Shown here: positions 19,750-28,830 of the stretch, one piece after another | Position numbering within the stretch: the first letter of the stretch is position 1 | How the letters are laid out: every line of letters begins with the position of its first letter | From: Sphingomonas sp. | GTDB lineage: Bacteria > Pseudomonadota > Alphaproteobacteria > Sphingomonadales > Sphingomonadaceae | Length of the DNA stretch: 64,000 nt | Direction of reading: 5' to 3' | NCBI GenBank assembly: GCA_965249705.1 | Contig: CBDFMO010000016.1 | Coordinates: forward strand, 58,063-122,062 | Made by a program: the position numbers and the translations under genes | Notes under the pieces: generated by a model | The model's input: the letters and a program-made list of their open reading frames with translations, nothing else | Told to the model about the DNA's origin: nothing | The model's database searches: none

Positions 19750-19885
19750 CGGCGACGGCTCGCTGAACGCCGTCCGCCGCCGAACCTTGAAGGGTAGAAG
19801 CCACTTGCGCGCCCGATGTTGCCGTCCGCGCCGACACCGGCCTCGTTCGCATTGAGCGGGCGAAAACGGACGACCGCTCCCGTGA

Positions 19886-20854
19886 CTAACGCGGCTGGGA
19901 CGAAAACCCTTCGCCGCCTTTATCCGGCAATTGAGCTTGTCGTCCGAGGCGCATGGCGCGGCGTTGCTGCATCCCCTGGCGAAACTGGCTGCGTTGCTCG
20001 GGCGTCATCTGCTGCCATCGTTCGCGACGAAGAGCGCGGGCTTCGGGCGAAAGCAGGGCACGCTGCCGCTGCGGCGCGGCACCGTCCACCGCGAGTGGCT
20101 TTACCGGAACGACCGGTGGGTCGCTCGAGGATGGAGCCGTGGAAGCCACTCCCTGCTGCTCGGCGATCCTCGCCTCTTGGGCCTGAATGCGCCGGTCGAT
20201 CATTCTTTCGGCGATAAGCCGATCGCGCCGGGCCGCCCGAGCAAGAGCGACCCGGTCGAGCGGCTCCAGCGAGCGTGCACCAGCGAGCGAGGCGTCCACA
20301 CCGGGCAGCATCAACGCCTGCCGCCGCTCAAGTGCGCGCCGTTGAAGCTGTTCGCGAACGCGCTCGCGGATGATCTGCGCAGCCACAGGGTGTTCGGCGG
20401 CAAAGGCCTGCCGCCTCTCGCGTCGTTCCTCGCGCAAGGCCATGCGCTCCGAGGGTAGCAGAGGCCGCGGGAGCAGACCCGGCGGTGTCGGATCGACCAA
20501 AGTTGCTGGCGGCGGAGCGATCGGCAAGGGTGCGGGCGACCGCTTCACGACAACGTGCTCGGGCCTCACCAACGGTTTCGGCTTGGCCGCAAGCATTGCC
20601 GTCAGCACGGGTACCGCAATGCCGACTTTGCCCAGTAGGCCCGACGCCACGGCGCCCGCACTCAGCAGTCCGACGGCCATTGTCCCGAGCAGCACCTGTC
20701 GCCCCCGCCGCCACAAACCCCGCCGGTCGCGGCGCGGCGACTTCGGCCGTGCGATGGCGGGCGCGGCGGAAGCCGCCATGATCCTGTCGGCAAGGCCGGC
20801 TGAAAGAGACGGCACATCAAAGCGATCAAGCGCAAGGTCCAGGGCGTCGCTCAT
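19886..20854 (-). CDS. Putative anti-sigma factor with one TM and a long R/Q-rich C-terminal domain
   Basis: ATG overlaps the ECF sigma stop (ATGA); MSDALDLALDRFDVPSLSAGLADRI, TM segment, Pro-rich linker, charged helical tail. Confidence 0.6.
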   Translation of the reverse strand: MSDALDLALDRFDVPSLSAGLADRIMAASAAPAIARPKSPRRDRRGLWRRGRQVLLGTMAVGLLSAGAVASGLLGKVGIAVPVLTAMLAAKPKPLVRPEHVVVKRSPAPLPIAPPPATLVDPTPPGLLPRPLLPSERMALREERRERRQAFAAEHPVAAQIIRERVREQLQRRALERRQALMLPGVDASLAGARSLEPLDRVALARAARRDRLIAERMIDRRIQAQEARIAEQQGVASTAPSSSDPPVVPVKPLAVDGAAPQRQRALLSPEARALRRERWQQMTPEQRSQFRQGMQQRRAMRLGRQAQLPDKGGEGFSSQPR

Positions 20855-21432
20855 TGCGCAGCTTCCTTCATCGGCGTCAGCGAAGACCGCAACGCCGCAC
20901 GGGCGCGCAACAGGAGCGACTCGAATGCCTTGATGTTCATGTCCAACGTATCTGCCGCCACCAGGTTCGAAACCTCTTCGTAATAAGTCAGCACGACTGC
21001 CGCGCGCTGCCGGTCGGGAAGCGCCGCAATCGCGGCAACCGTTGCCGCGCGCAGTCTTGCGCGATCCATTTCTTCGGGTGCGAGCGGCGCATCGTCGGCG
21101 CGCTCGGGCACGGCTTCGTCGCTCGAAAAGCGCCGCCGTCGGAGCCTGTCGAAGCACAGGTTCACCACGACACGCTTTAGCCATGGCCCCGCGCCGGCAT
21201 TCCCGGACTGCCATTTCGCCGAATCGCGCCACAATCGCAGCAGCGCCTCCTGTGCGAGATCTTCGGCTTCGGTCGCATCGCCAATCATGCGATAGGCAAT
21301 GCGGTGAAGGGTACGCACGTTCCGCTCCACAAGAATGCGGAATGCCGCGGCATCATGCGCGCGCACCCGCGCCATTAGCGCGTCATCGCTGTCAGCGTCG
21401 GTCGCGCGGAGTGCCGCCTGCGTCTCTGTCAC
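20851..21432 (-). CDS. ECF (sigma-70 group 4) RNA polymerase sigma factor
   Basis: AEDLAQEALLRLW (region 2), LPDRQRAAVVLTYYEE, FESLLLRARAALR (region 4). Confidence 0.93.
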   Translation of the reverse strand: MTETQAALRATDADSDDALMARVRAHDAAAFRILVERNVRTLHRIAYRMIGDATEAEDLAQEALLRLWRDSAKWQSGNAGAGPWLKRVVVNLCFDRLRRRRFSSDEAVPERADDAPLAPEEMDRARLRAATVAAIAALPDRQRAAVVLTYYEEVSNLVAADTLDMNIKAFESLLLRARAALRSSLTPMKEAAQ

Positions 21433-21504
21433 GTCCCCGCCGGTCTGATCGATATTCCCGAAGCTATTGGCCTTATAACGTTGGGGGACGCAATTCCCTT
21501 CGGC

Positions 21505-21678
21505 TCAGGCCAAGAAGGTTGAAAAGGCTAGGAAGGCCGCAACGAAAGTCAAAAGGAATAACGCACGGTCCGAGAGCGGTTCGCGACGGGGCTTGGCTGC
21601 CGCCAACGGCGGCGGCAGCGTCTGGCGGAAAGGATGGCGGGCTGACTCGTTGGTCAGGACAAGGCGACGGTTCATCAT
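21505..21678 (-). CDS. Small 57-aa protein with C-terminal TM helix (not in ORF track)
   Basis: Manual translation: MMNRRLVLTNESARHPFRQTLPPPLAAAKPRREPLSDRALFLLTFVAAFLAFSTFLA*; fills the intergenic gap upstream of the ECF sigma. Confidence 0.6.
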   Translation of the reverse strand: MMNRRLVLTNESARHPFRQTLPPPLAAAKPRREPLSDRALFLLTFVAAFLAFSTFLA

Positions 21679-21757
21679 CAAACCGTAAACGCGCCATTCA
21701 CCATCAAGGCCAGCGCAAACCGTGCCTCAATTTGGGGCGTCCGGTCGTGGGACGGTC

Positions 21758-23032
21758 CTAATGGCCTTCAATTTGCTTTCGGATTGCGCGCAGGGTCAGC
21801 CAGACGAGAACGGCAATGACAGGTGCCAAGATGCCGAGCGCCAGTGTCGCGTCGAAACCGTGCATCTCATGTTCAAGTGCTTTTACGGGATAAGACAACA
21901 ACATCAGTGAATAATAGCTGATTGCCGCTACCGACAGGCCCTCAACCGTGCGCTGCAAGCGCAGCGATGCGTCAGCGCGGGCGTTCATCGAGCTGAGCAG
22001 TTCGGCGCTCGTCGCTTCGTCGGCAACCTTGATTCGCGTATCAAGCATGGCCCCAGCGCGGGCGATACGGGCGATGACCGCCCGCTCGCGCTCCGCCACG
22101 GAATTGCAGGTGCGCATGGCGGGCGCGAGCCGCCGCTCCATAAACTCACCAATTGTTTGAACGCCCGCGATCTTCTCCTCGCGCAACGACGCCACTCGGT
22201 CTCGTACCAGATCGTGATAGGCATTGGCGCCGCCAAAGCGAAACGTCGTGCGCGCGCTCAACCCTTCGGCCTCGCCCGACAAGGTAATGAGCCGGGAGAG
22301 CAGCGTCCGGTCGGCCTCGACCCCTTCTTCTGCCGATAGACGCGAGGCAAGGATCCCCGCCTCCGCCTCGATTGCGCGCAGCTGTACGGTTGCTTCTCCG
22401 GCGAGCGGAAAGGCAAGCAGCGCCATCATTCGGTAGGTCTCGATTTCGAGGAGGATCAGGGCGAGCCGTCCGGCGAGCGCCGCGTCGCGCGAGCGCAACA
22501 TGACGCGAAAGCGGGTCATGCCGCTGTCGTCCGCGCGAAAATCGGTAAAGACGCGTGCGGCCCCTTCGAGCACGATCGCACCGATCTGGACGCCATCTGA
22601 AGCAAGCGGCGGAGGAGCCGTGCCACGGTCGTCGCGTCGCAGTTCGAGCATCGTTGCCACAAGCACGTCGCTCGGGAAGCTTTCCAGCCAATCGGTCGGT
22701 AGCCGTTCCAGCGGATCCCTCGGATCGGCGGCATTTGCCGGAGGGCAGAACAAGGTCCAGCTTGAAAACTCGGTGTGACGTTCCCACCGCAAGGACCAGC
22801 AAGGCCCCTCGAGCGCCCACCATCGCGTGCCTCGTTCCGGTACTTGGGCACCGAATTGTTCACACAGGGCGGCCATATGCAAGCGATCGGAATCGGCAGC
22901 TTCCTGCCCGGAGACATTGGCAAGCCGGATCGCGATAACCGGCGCTTCCAGCGGTGTAGAGGGCCGTGCATGCGCCTCGGCCAACAAGCGCTCGCGGTCG
23001 CCGTGCCAGTCGAAACCCCTGCCATGCTGCAT
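21758..23032 (-). CDS. DUF3422-family membrane-anchored protein
   Basis: EAHARP, LRWERHTEFS, EIETYRMMALL, RLQRTVEGLSVAAISYY, two C-terminal TMs. Confidence 0.85.
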   Translation of the reverse strand: MQHGRGFDWHGDRERLLAEAHARPSTPLEAPVIAIRLANVSGQEAADSDRLHMAALCEQFGAQVPERGTRWWALEGPCWSLRWERHTEFSSWTLFCPPANAADPRDPLERLPTDWLESFPSDVLVATMLELRRDDRGTAPPPLASDGVQIGAIVLEGAARVFTDFRADDSGMTRFRVMLRSRDAALAGRLALILLEIETYRMMALLAFPLAGEATVQLRAIEAEAGILASRLSAEEGVEADRTLLSRLITLSGEAEGLSARTTFRFGGANAYHDLVRDRVASLREEKIAGVQTIGEFMERRLAPAMRTCNSVAERERAVIARIARAGAMLDTRIKVADEATSAELLSSMNARADASLRLQRTVEGLSVAAISYYSLMLLSYPVKALEHEMHGFDATLALGILAPVIAVLVWLTLRAIRKQIEGH

Positions 23033-23167
23033 CGCAACTGTCCCCCTCGGCACCACGCTAAACCATGCCGGACATCGCACAAGCTATAGTGATTGCACCG
23101 CCACCGGTTTCATGTAATTTCCGCGCCCTGACTATCGGGTCAGCAAGAATTCTGGATGGAGACTCAC

Positions 23168-23677
23168 ATGGCAAAAGTGAAGGCGTACCTCGGGGTATCG
23201 CTGGGTGTCGTTGCCTTGCTGGCACTGCCGGCTTGTTCGAAGAAGGCAGAAGACGATGCGGCACCTGCCGCAACGACGACGGCTGCCGCCAATACCGCAA
23301 CGCCGGCGGCGGCCGCGGCGCCTGCGGCCGACAACACCGACACGCTCGACGGGAGCAAGTTCGCCAGCTTTACCGGCGATGCCACGGCCGGCGAGAAGGT
23401 CTTCATCGCCTGCAAGACATGCCATTCGAGCGAAGCCGGCAAGAACATGGTGGGTCCGTCGCTGCATGCAATTCAGGGCCGCCACTCGGGCGAGGTTCCT
23501 GGCTATAGCTACTCGGCGGCGAACAAGAACAGCGGCATCGTGTGGAGCGACGAGAAGCTGTTCCAGTATCTCGAAAATCCGCAGCGCGTGATCCCCGGTA
23601 CCAAGATGACCTACACAGGCGTCAAGGATCCGCAGCAGCGCGCGAACGTGATCGCCTACCTCAACACGCTGAAGTAA
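23168..23677 (+). CDS. cycA: Cytochrome c2-type class I cytochrome, lipoprotein-anchored
   Basis: Lipobox LPAC, A/T/P linker, CKTCH heme motif, GPSLH, PGTKM axial Met. Confidence 0.85.
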   Translation: MAKVKAYLGVSLGVVALLALPACSKKAEDDAAPAATTTAAANTATPAAAAAPAADNTDTLDGSKFASFTGDATAGEKVFIACKTCHSSEAGKNMVGPSLHAIQGRHSGEVPGYSYSAANKNSGIVWSDEKLFQYLENPQRVIPGTKMTYTGVKDPQQRANVIAYLNTLK

Positions 23678-23927
23678 GCCGCGCTGATCGACGGTGTCGC
23701 AAATCCGCCAGGTGCACTGGCAGCGACACCGTCAACGGCACCGCTACCCAGTACCAGGGCATTCCTGTAAGCCCCGCGCGCAGCGCAAGCAGCATTAAAG
23801 CGCCTGGAGCCAGCATCAGCGCGACACTTTGGGTCGGCCATTGCCGCGCGATAAGCCATCCACCCTCCAGCAGCATGAACACCAGGACGAGGTCGACAGC
23901 ATGACCGCTGGCGAACAGCCAGTTCAT
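23661..23927 (-). CDS. Small membrane hypothetical protein coupled to bchP
   Basis: ATG overlaps the bchP stop; hydrophobic 88 aa (HAVDLVLVFMLLEG...HLADL). Confidence 0.7.
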   Translation of the reverse strand: MNWLFASGHAVDLVLVFMLLEGGWLIARQWPTQSVALMLAPGALMLLALRAGLTGMPWYWVAVPLTVSLPVHLADLRHRRSARLTSAC

Positions 23928-25138
23928 TCAGCTGGCACCTGCGGCGTCGCCTCAACTTTTCCTATTCCCAGCAAATGGCCCAAGTCCTTGAAGAAGATGC
24001 GCACGTGCGCCATCGGGTCGGCGCGAACGAGCTGCTTGTTCATATAGGCGTCCCACGTCAGCCGCTGGACATCCGGGTCGGCACACATCTTGACGAAACG
24101 CTCACGCCGCTTGTCCGACGCGTACCAGAAATACTGCATGATGCCGAGGATGAGGAACACCCGGCCATGTTGCCGCATGAAGCGCTTGCGGGCCTGTTTG
24201 AGCGCCGACGGCCGACCTGTGGCGAGACAGCATTCGACAGCGTCGGCGGCCTCGCGTCCCGCGACCATGGCGTAGTAGATTCCCTCGCCCGAGGCGGGCG
24301 CGACGACACCCGCGGCATCGCCTGCCACGACGACGTCTCGCCCATTGTCCCAGCGTCTGAGCGGTTTTAGGGGAATGGGTGCGCCTTCGCAGCGAATTGT
24401 TTCGAACGCGTCAAGCCCGGTAGCCTCGCGCAAGGCGCGGGTCGTATCGCGCAAGGGGAACCCTTTATGGGCGCTGCCCAGCCCGATGCTTGCCGTCTCG
24501 CCATGCGGAAAGACCCAGGCATAGAAGTCAGGCGAATATTTTCCCTGGTAAATGACGTCGCAGCGGTGTGGGTCGAACCCCGCAGCGCCACCGTCGGGCA
24601 CCTTCACAATTTCGTGATAAGCAAAGACGCAGGGCATGCGGTCCGCGCCTTTCAGTTCCTGCCGGGCGACGCCCGACCGCGCCCCGTCGGCCCCGATGAC
24701 GGTGCGGGTTCTCGCGCTCGACTCCGGACCATTGCGTTGCGTGCGCCAGACGACGCGCGCGACGCCATCGGGGTCGCGGTCGATGCGCTCAAATGTACCA
24801 GTCGCCCGCTCTGCTCCCGCGAGGGCAGCGCGGGCCCGCAACCACTCGTCGAAGACGTCACGGTCGACCATGCCGACCGCACCATTACCCACGGGCATAT
24901 CAACGCTGTTTCCCGAGGGCGCGACCATGCGGGCGAGGGTGGCCTGCGCGACCATCAGGCTGTCGGGGATGTCGAAATCGCGATTGAGCCGGGGCGGAAT
25001 CGCGCCGCCGCAGGGCTTGATGCGGCCCGCCCGGTCGAGCAGCAGGACGTGGCGTCCCAGCCGCGCCAAATCGGTGGCTGCTGTCGCGCCAGATGGTCCG
25101 CCGCCGACGACAATCGTGTCATAGTCATAACCGCTCAT
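23924..25138 (-). CDS. bchP: Geranylgeranyl-bacteriochlorophyll reductase
   Basis: GGGPSG, IKPCGGAIP, GADGARS, YAWVFPHG, GDAAGVVAPASGEGIYYA. Confidence 0.96.
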   Translation of the reverse strand: MSGYDYDTIVVGGGPSGATAATDLARLGRHVLLLDRAGRIKPCGGAIPPRLNRDFDIPDSLMVAQATLARMVAPSGNSVDMPVGNGAVGMVDRDVFDEWLRARAALAGAERATGTFERIDRDPDGVARVVWRTQRNGPESSARTRTVIGADGARSGVARQELKGADRMPCVFAYHEIVKVPDGGAAGFDPHRCDVIYQGKYSPDFYAWVFPHGETASIGLGSAHKGFPLRDTTRALREATGLDAFETIRCEGAPIPLKPLRRWDNGRDVVVAGDAAGVVAPASGEGIYYAMVAGREAADAVECCLATGRPSALKQARKRFMRQHGRVFLILGIMQYFWYASDKRRERFVKMCADPDVQRLTWDAYMNKQLVRADPMAHVRIFFKDLGHLLGIGKVEATPQVPAE

Positions 25139-26424
25139 GCCAGCACCTCTCTTCCTCGCGCGGGCGCGGACGATACCGCCCCCGCCGCGAGCCAGGCCGC
25201 AACCAGGAACAACCCGGCCTCGACCGCAAAAACATTCGAAAACGCCAGACCGTCCGCCCCGGTGATATGGCGCATCGCATCGACGCCCACGGCACCGCTA
25301 AGGCCGCCGAGCCCGAACGCAATTGCTTGCGCCGCACCCCACACGCCCATGCGGATTCCCTCGCGCCCCCCTGGGTCAGACGCACTGCCCTGTCCCGCCA
25401 GCGCCATCATTGCGCCGATTGCCGAAACCGCGAAGACGCCGTTGCAAAAGCCCAGCAGCGCGACGTTGGCGGCAAAGGGCCAGTGCGGCGCCACTTGCGC
25501 CGCCACCGTCAATCCGGCCAGCGCTATTGCAGAGCCGATGCAGCCGCTCACGGTCCAGCCGCGCAGTCCCCGCGCACTTCCACCGCCAAAGGTTCGGGCA
25601 CCAAAGCCGACGAGGACCATGCCCGCGAGTACACCCTGGTGCTGGATGCCCGACAGGCTGGTCGATTGGCCCGGGGTATAGGCGAACATCAAACCCGCAA
25701 ACGGCTCAAGGATCATGTCCTGCATCGAATAGGCGAGCATCGACATGAAGACGAAAATCGTGAAGCCGCGTGCTTCGGGATCCGTCCAGATCTCGCGCAA
25801 CTCGGATCCGAAGGCAGTTTGAGTACGGGATCGGCTCTCGACGATCGGCTCGCCCTCGATGTTCCATACCCCGAATGTCGCGACTGCGAAGGCGACCAGT
25901 GCGACACCACCGACGACGGCGACCAGCCGCTGCACCGAAAACGGTTCGAGCAACCGGCCCGCGAGGCCCGCAGCGACGATGATCCCCACGATCATCATGA
26001 TCCAGGTTAGCGAGGCTGCCCCGGCACGTCTTTCGGGCGCAGTGCGCGTGGCCAGCAAAGCAAGCAGTGAAGTGCCTGCGGCGCCGACGCCCGCGCCGAT
26101 CAGGGCATAAGCGACGACCGACAGGAAAAGGAGATGCGCAACCATAGCCGCGACCGCAAGCAGCGAACCGCCTGCCAGCACGGCCATGCCCCCGATGATC
26201 CATGGTGTCCGCCGTAGCCCCTTGTCCGAACCATGCCCCCAAGCCGGGCGCGCCAGCTGCACGGCATAGTGCCAGGCGACGAGGCCTGCGGGAATGGCTG
26301 CGGGAAGCGCATATTCGACGACCATCACTCGGTTGAGCAGCGATGTCGACAGCATGACCATCGCGCCGATGGCGCTTTGCACAAGACCGAGGCGCGCGAT
26401 CTGCGGCCAGCTGAGCGGAGTCAT
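25135..26424 (-). CDS. pucC: BCD/PucC-family MFS protein
   Basis: RLGLVQSAIGA, LNRVMVVE, QDMILEPFAG, GVWGAAQAIAFG; between bchG and bchP. Confidence 0.85.
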   Translation of the reverse strand: MTPLSWPQIARLGLVQSAIGAMVMLSTSLLNRVMVVEYALPAAIPAGLVAWHYAVQLARPAWGHGSDKGLRRTPWIIGGMAVLAGGSLLAVAAMVAHLLFLSVVAYALIGAGVGAAGTSLLALLATRTAPERRAGAASLTWIMMIVGIIVAAGLAGRLLEPFSVQRLVAVVGGVALVAFAVATFGVWNIEGEPIVESRSRTQTAFGSELREIWTDPEARGFTIFVFMSMLAYSMQDMILEPFAGLMFAYTPGQSTSLSGIQHQGVLAGMVLVGFGARTFGGGSARGLRGWTVSGCIGSAIALAGLTVAAQVAPHWPFAANVALLGFCNGVFAVSAIGAMMALAGQGSASDPGGREGIRMGVWGAAQAIAFGLGGLSGAVGVDAMRHITGADGLAFSNVFAVEAGLFLVAAWLAAGAVSSAPARGREVLA

Positions 26425-27323
26425 ATGATGCCGCCCAGCCCGAGTGCGGTTGCAAGCATACCCAGCACATAGCAGCTTGTGCCGGTGGCATTGTACCAGG
26501 GCGCCAGCGCCTTTGGGTCACGGAGCATGCGCGCCATCAGGCCGAACTGGGTGAGCAGCAGCGCGCCGACGATGGCTGCCGAGAGCGGGAGGGACCAGCG
26601 GACAAGAAGTACAAGCACGATCGCCTGGGGGAGGGCCATGACCACACAGGCGAGGCGGGCGGCGTTGGTGACGCCGAGCCGGACCGGGAGAGAGCGCACG
26701 CCCGTGGCAAGATCGCCCTCTACCGCCTTGAAATCGTTGAGAGTCATGATGCCGTGGGCCCCCAGGCTGTAGAGCAGCAGGACGCCGATGATGTGCGCCG
26801 AGGGTAGCGCGCCCAGCATCACGGCCGCCCCGGTGAACCAGGTCAGCCCTTCGTAGGTCAATGCCACGACGGCGGGCCCCGCCCAGCCGTCGGCCTTTAG
26901 CCGCAGCGGCGGCGCGCTGTACGCCCAGGCGCAGACCAGCCCGAGCAGAGTTGCGATGAAGACCCAGATCCCCGCCGGCCACGCCACGACGGCCGCGAGC
27001 ACGGTGCCGGTGACCGCGATACGCAGCCCCCAATTGCCCGCGATCCGCCCGGACGGAATCGGCCGGCCGGGTTCGTTGATGGCGTCGACATGGCGGTCGA
27101 ACCAGTCGTTCACCGCCTGCGACGTGCCGCAGACCAACGGGCCGGTCAGCAGGATGCCGATGAACAGAAAGGGCAATCGCTCTGCCACGGGGACGCCCGA
27201 CGAGACGACGCCACACAGGAACGCCCACATCGGCGGGAACCAGGTGATGGGCTTGAGCAGCGCCACGACGTCGCGCGCGGCGGGAACCGGTGTCGTGGCG
27301 GACGGGGACAGCGAACTGGCCAT
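26421..27323 (-). CDS. bchG: Bacteriochlorophyll synthase
   Basis: LLKPITWFPPMWA, NDWFDRHVDAINEPGRPIPSGR, NDFKAVEGD (UbiA family). Confidence 0.96.
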   Translation of the reverse strand: MASSLSPSATTPVPAARDVVALLKPITWFPPMWAFLCGVVSSGVPVAERLPFLFIGILLTGPLVCGTSQAVNDWFDRHVDAINEPGRPIPSGRIAGNWGLRIAVTGTVLAAVVAWPAGIWVFIATLLGLVCAWAYSAPPLRLKADGWAGPAVVALTYEGLTWFTGAAVMLGALPSAHIIGVLLLYSLGAHGIMTLNDFKAVEGDLATGVRSLPVRLGVTNAARLACVVMALPQAIVLVLLVRWSLPLSAAIVGALLLTQFGLMARMLRDPKALAPWYNATGTSCYVLGMLATALGLGGII

Positions 27324-27326
27324 GGA

Positions 27327-27370
27327 CCGACGCTATGCCTGACACCCCAAAGCGTCAAGGAAAATGGACA
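27327..27370. promoter_or_regulatory. PpsR operator pair upstream of bchG
   Basis: CGT-N12-ACA at 27353-27370 and a degenerate site ending in TGACA at 27327-27344, 8-bp spacer. Confidence 0.65.
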
Positions 27371-27387
27371 GTTATTTCGTCCGAAGA

Positions 27388-28794
27388 CTATTCGCCCTCG
27401 CCGACGAGATTGCCGAGACCGTGGCGGTGCAGCTTCGAGTAGAGGCTTTGCCGCGACACGCCCAGGATTTCGGCGGCGGACGCCCGGTTGTCGCTGGTAT
27501 ATTCGAGCGCCGCCTCGATGCAGAGCCGCTCGATCAGGTCGGTCGATTCGCGGACGATGTCCTTGAGCGACATGCGGCCCACCAGCTCGGTCAGTTGCTC
27601 GACCGACCGCGGCATATCCTTGGGCTGCGGCGGCAGGTCGCGCGCGCGGCGCGCGATGCTGCGGATCGAAAAGCCGAATCCGTCGCCGTCCGGTCCCGGC
27701 GCCGAGACGGCCGAAACCTCGACCTCCTCCATGGCACCCGAACGGCCCCGAAGCACCGTCGCGAAGTTGCGGACATTGCCATATTCGCGAAGCTGCTCGA
27801 CGATGACATCGGCATCGATGCCCGAGCGACCGAGATAATCGCCGAGCGAGTCGCCCTTGACCCGCGCCGCCGAAACTTCGCCCGTCATGTCGACGAAAGC
27901 CGCATTCACCGACAGGATCGACAGGCGGGCATCGGTCAGGACGAAAGCATCGGGCAGGCGCTCGATCATGTCGCGCATCGGCTGGATGTCCGCGCCCTGC
28001 CCGCCGACGTCCGACGAAATGCGGACGAGGAAGAACGGCGCCCGATCCTGGCGGAAAGCCGTTGCCGTCAGGGCGATGATCGCTTTGCCCGAGGCCAGGC
28101 GGAGCTGAACCGGCTCAGGCGTGTCCCTTACCGTGGCGAGCCCGAGATACGCGAACAGCGCTTCGTGATCGCCCGTATGGATGAGGCTCGTCAGCGCGCG
28201 ATTCACGAGCGCGCCCGGTTTCGCCTTGGCCAGTGCCGTCGCCGCGGGATTGGCCTCGCGGATCCGACGGGTATCGCCCTCGACGATCAGGACGGCTTCG
28301 CTGTCGAGATCGAACAGCATGCGGTACCGCGTTTCCGCCTGGCGCAGCTTGAGATAGTCGCGCTCGAGCGATTGCTGCGCCTGGATCAGCCGCTGCTGCA
28401 TCGCTGCCTGGGCGCGCATGTCGTTGCCGATGGCGACGATGTTGCCGGCACGGCCCGAGCCGACGGTCAGGTAGCGCACCGCCACATCGCCCTCGTTGCC
28501 GGGATGATTGACCTGTCGCCAGCGCGGTGCGCCGCCGTTCGCCGATTCCAGCATCTCGGCGATTTTCGGCTTGCTGTCGATATTGACCAGATCGGCCCAG
28601 TTCCGGCCGATCCATGCGTCCTGGCCGGTGCCGGTCGGATCGCCATGCGAAAAGGCGACGTCGATGATGCGCCCATCGGACGCCATGACCAGAGCGATAT
28701 CGCCGGAAGCCGCGGCAAGCTTTGAAAAGCTCGACGCGTCGAAACCTCCAAACCCCTTTTCAGGTGCGCGGAACGCAATGCCACTATCCGGCAT
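27388..28794 (-). CDS. ppsR: Photosynthesis gene repressor PpsR (CrtJ)
   Basis: PAS domains, Q-linker (QQRLIQAQQSLERDY), C-terminal HTH RLCIEAALEYTSDNRASAAEILGVSRQSLYSKL with conserved Cys. Confidence 0.96.
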   Translation of the reverse strand: MPDSGIAFRAPEKGFGGFDASSFSKLAAASGDIALVMASDGRIIDVAFSHGDPTGTGQDAWIGRNWADLVNIDSKPKIAEMLESANGGAPRWRQVNHPGNEGDVAVRYLTVGSGRAGNIVAIGNDMRAQAAMQQRLIQAQQSLERDYLKLRQAETRYRMLFDLDSEAVLIVEGDTRRIREANPAATALAKAKPGALVNRALTSLIHTGDHEALFAYLGLATVRDTPEPVQLRLASGKAIIALTATAFRQDRAPFFLVRISSDVGGQGADIQPMRDMIERLPDAFVLTDARLSILSVNAAFVDMTGEVSAARVKGDSLGDYLGRSGIDADVIVEQLREYGNVRNFATVLRGRSGAMEEVEVSAVSAPGPDGDGFGFSIRSIARRARDLPPQPKDMPRSVEQLTELVGRMSLKDIVRESTDLIERLCIEAALEYTSDNRASAAEILGVSRQSLYSKLHRHGLGNLVGEGE

Positions 28795-28830
28795 GGTCAA
28801 ATGCCTTCCTCATCTTCACAGCCTTCACGG

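Noticed and set aside
19640-19852. 70-aa minus-strand ORF in the hairpin-rich gap
   Set aside because: Runs through the inverted repeat and into the MFS end; no RBS or recognisable composition
23128-23143. Palindrome CTGAC-N6-GTCAG upstream of cycA
   Set aside because: Single short palindrome matching neither PpsR nor FNR consensus; could be chance or a small hairpin
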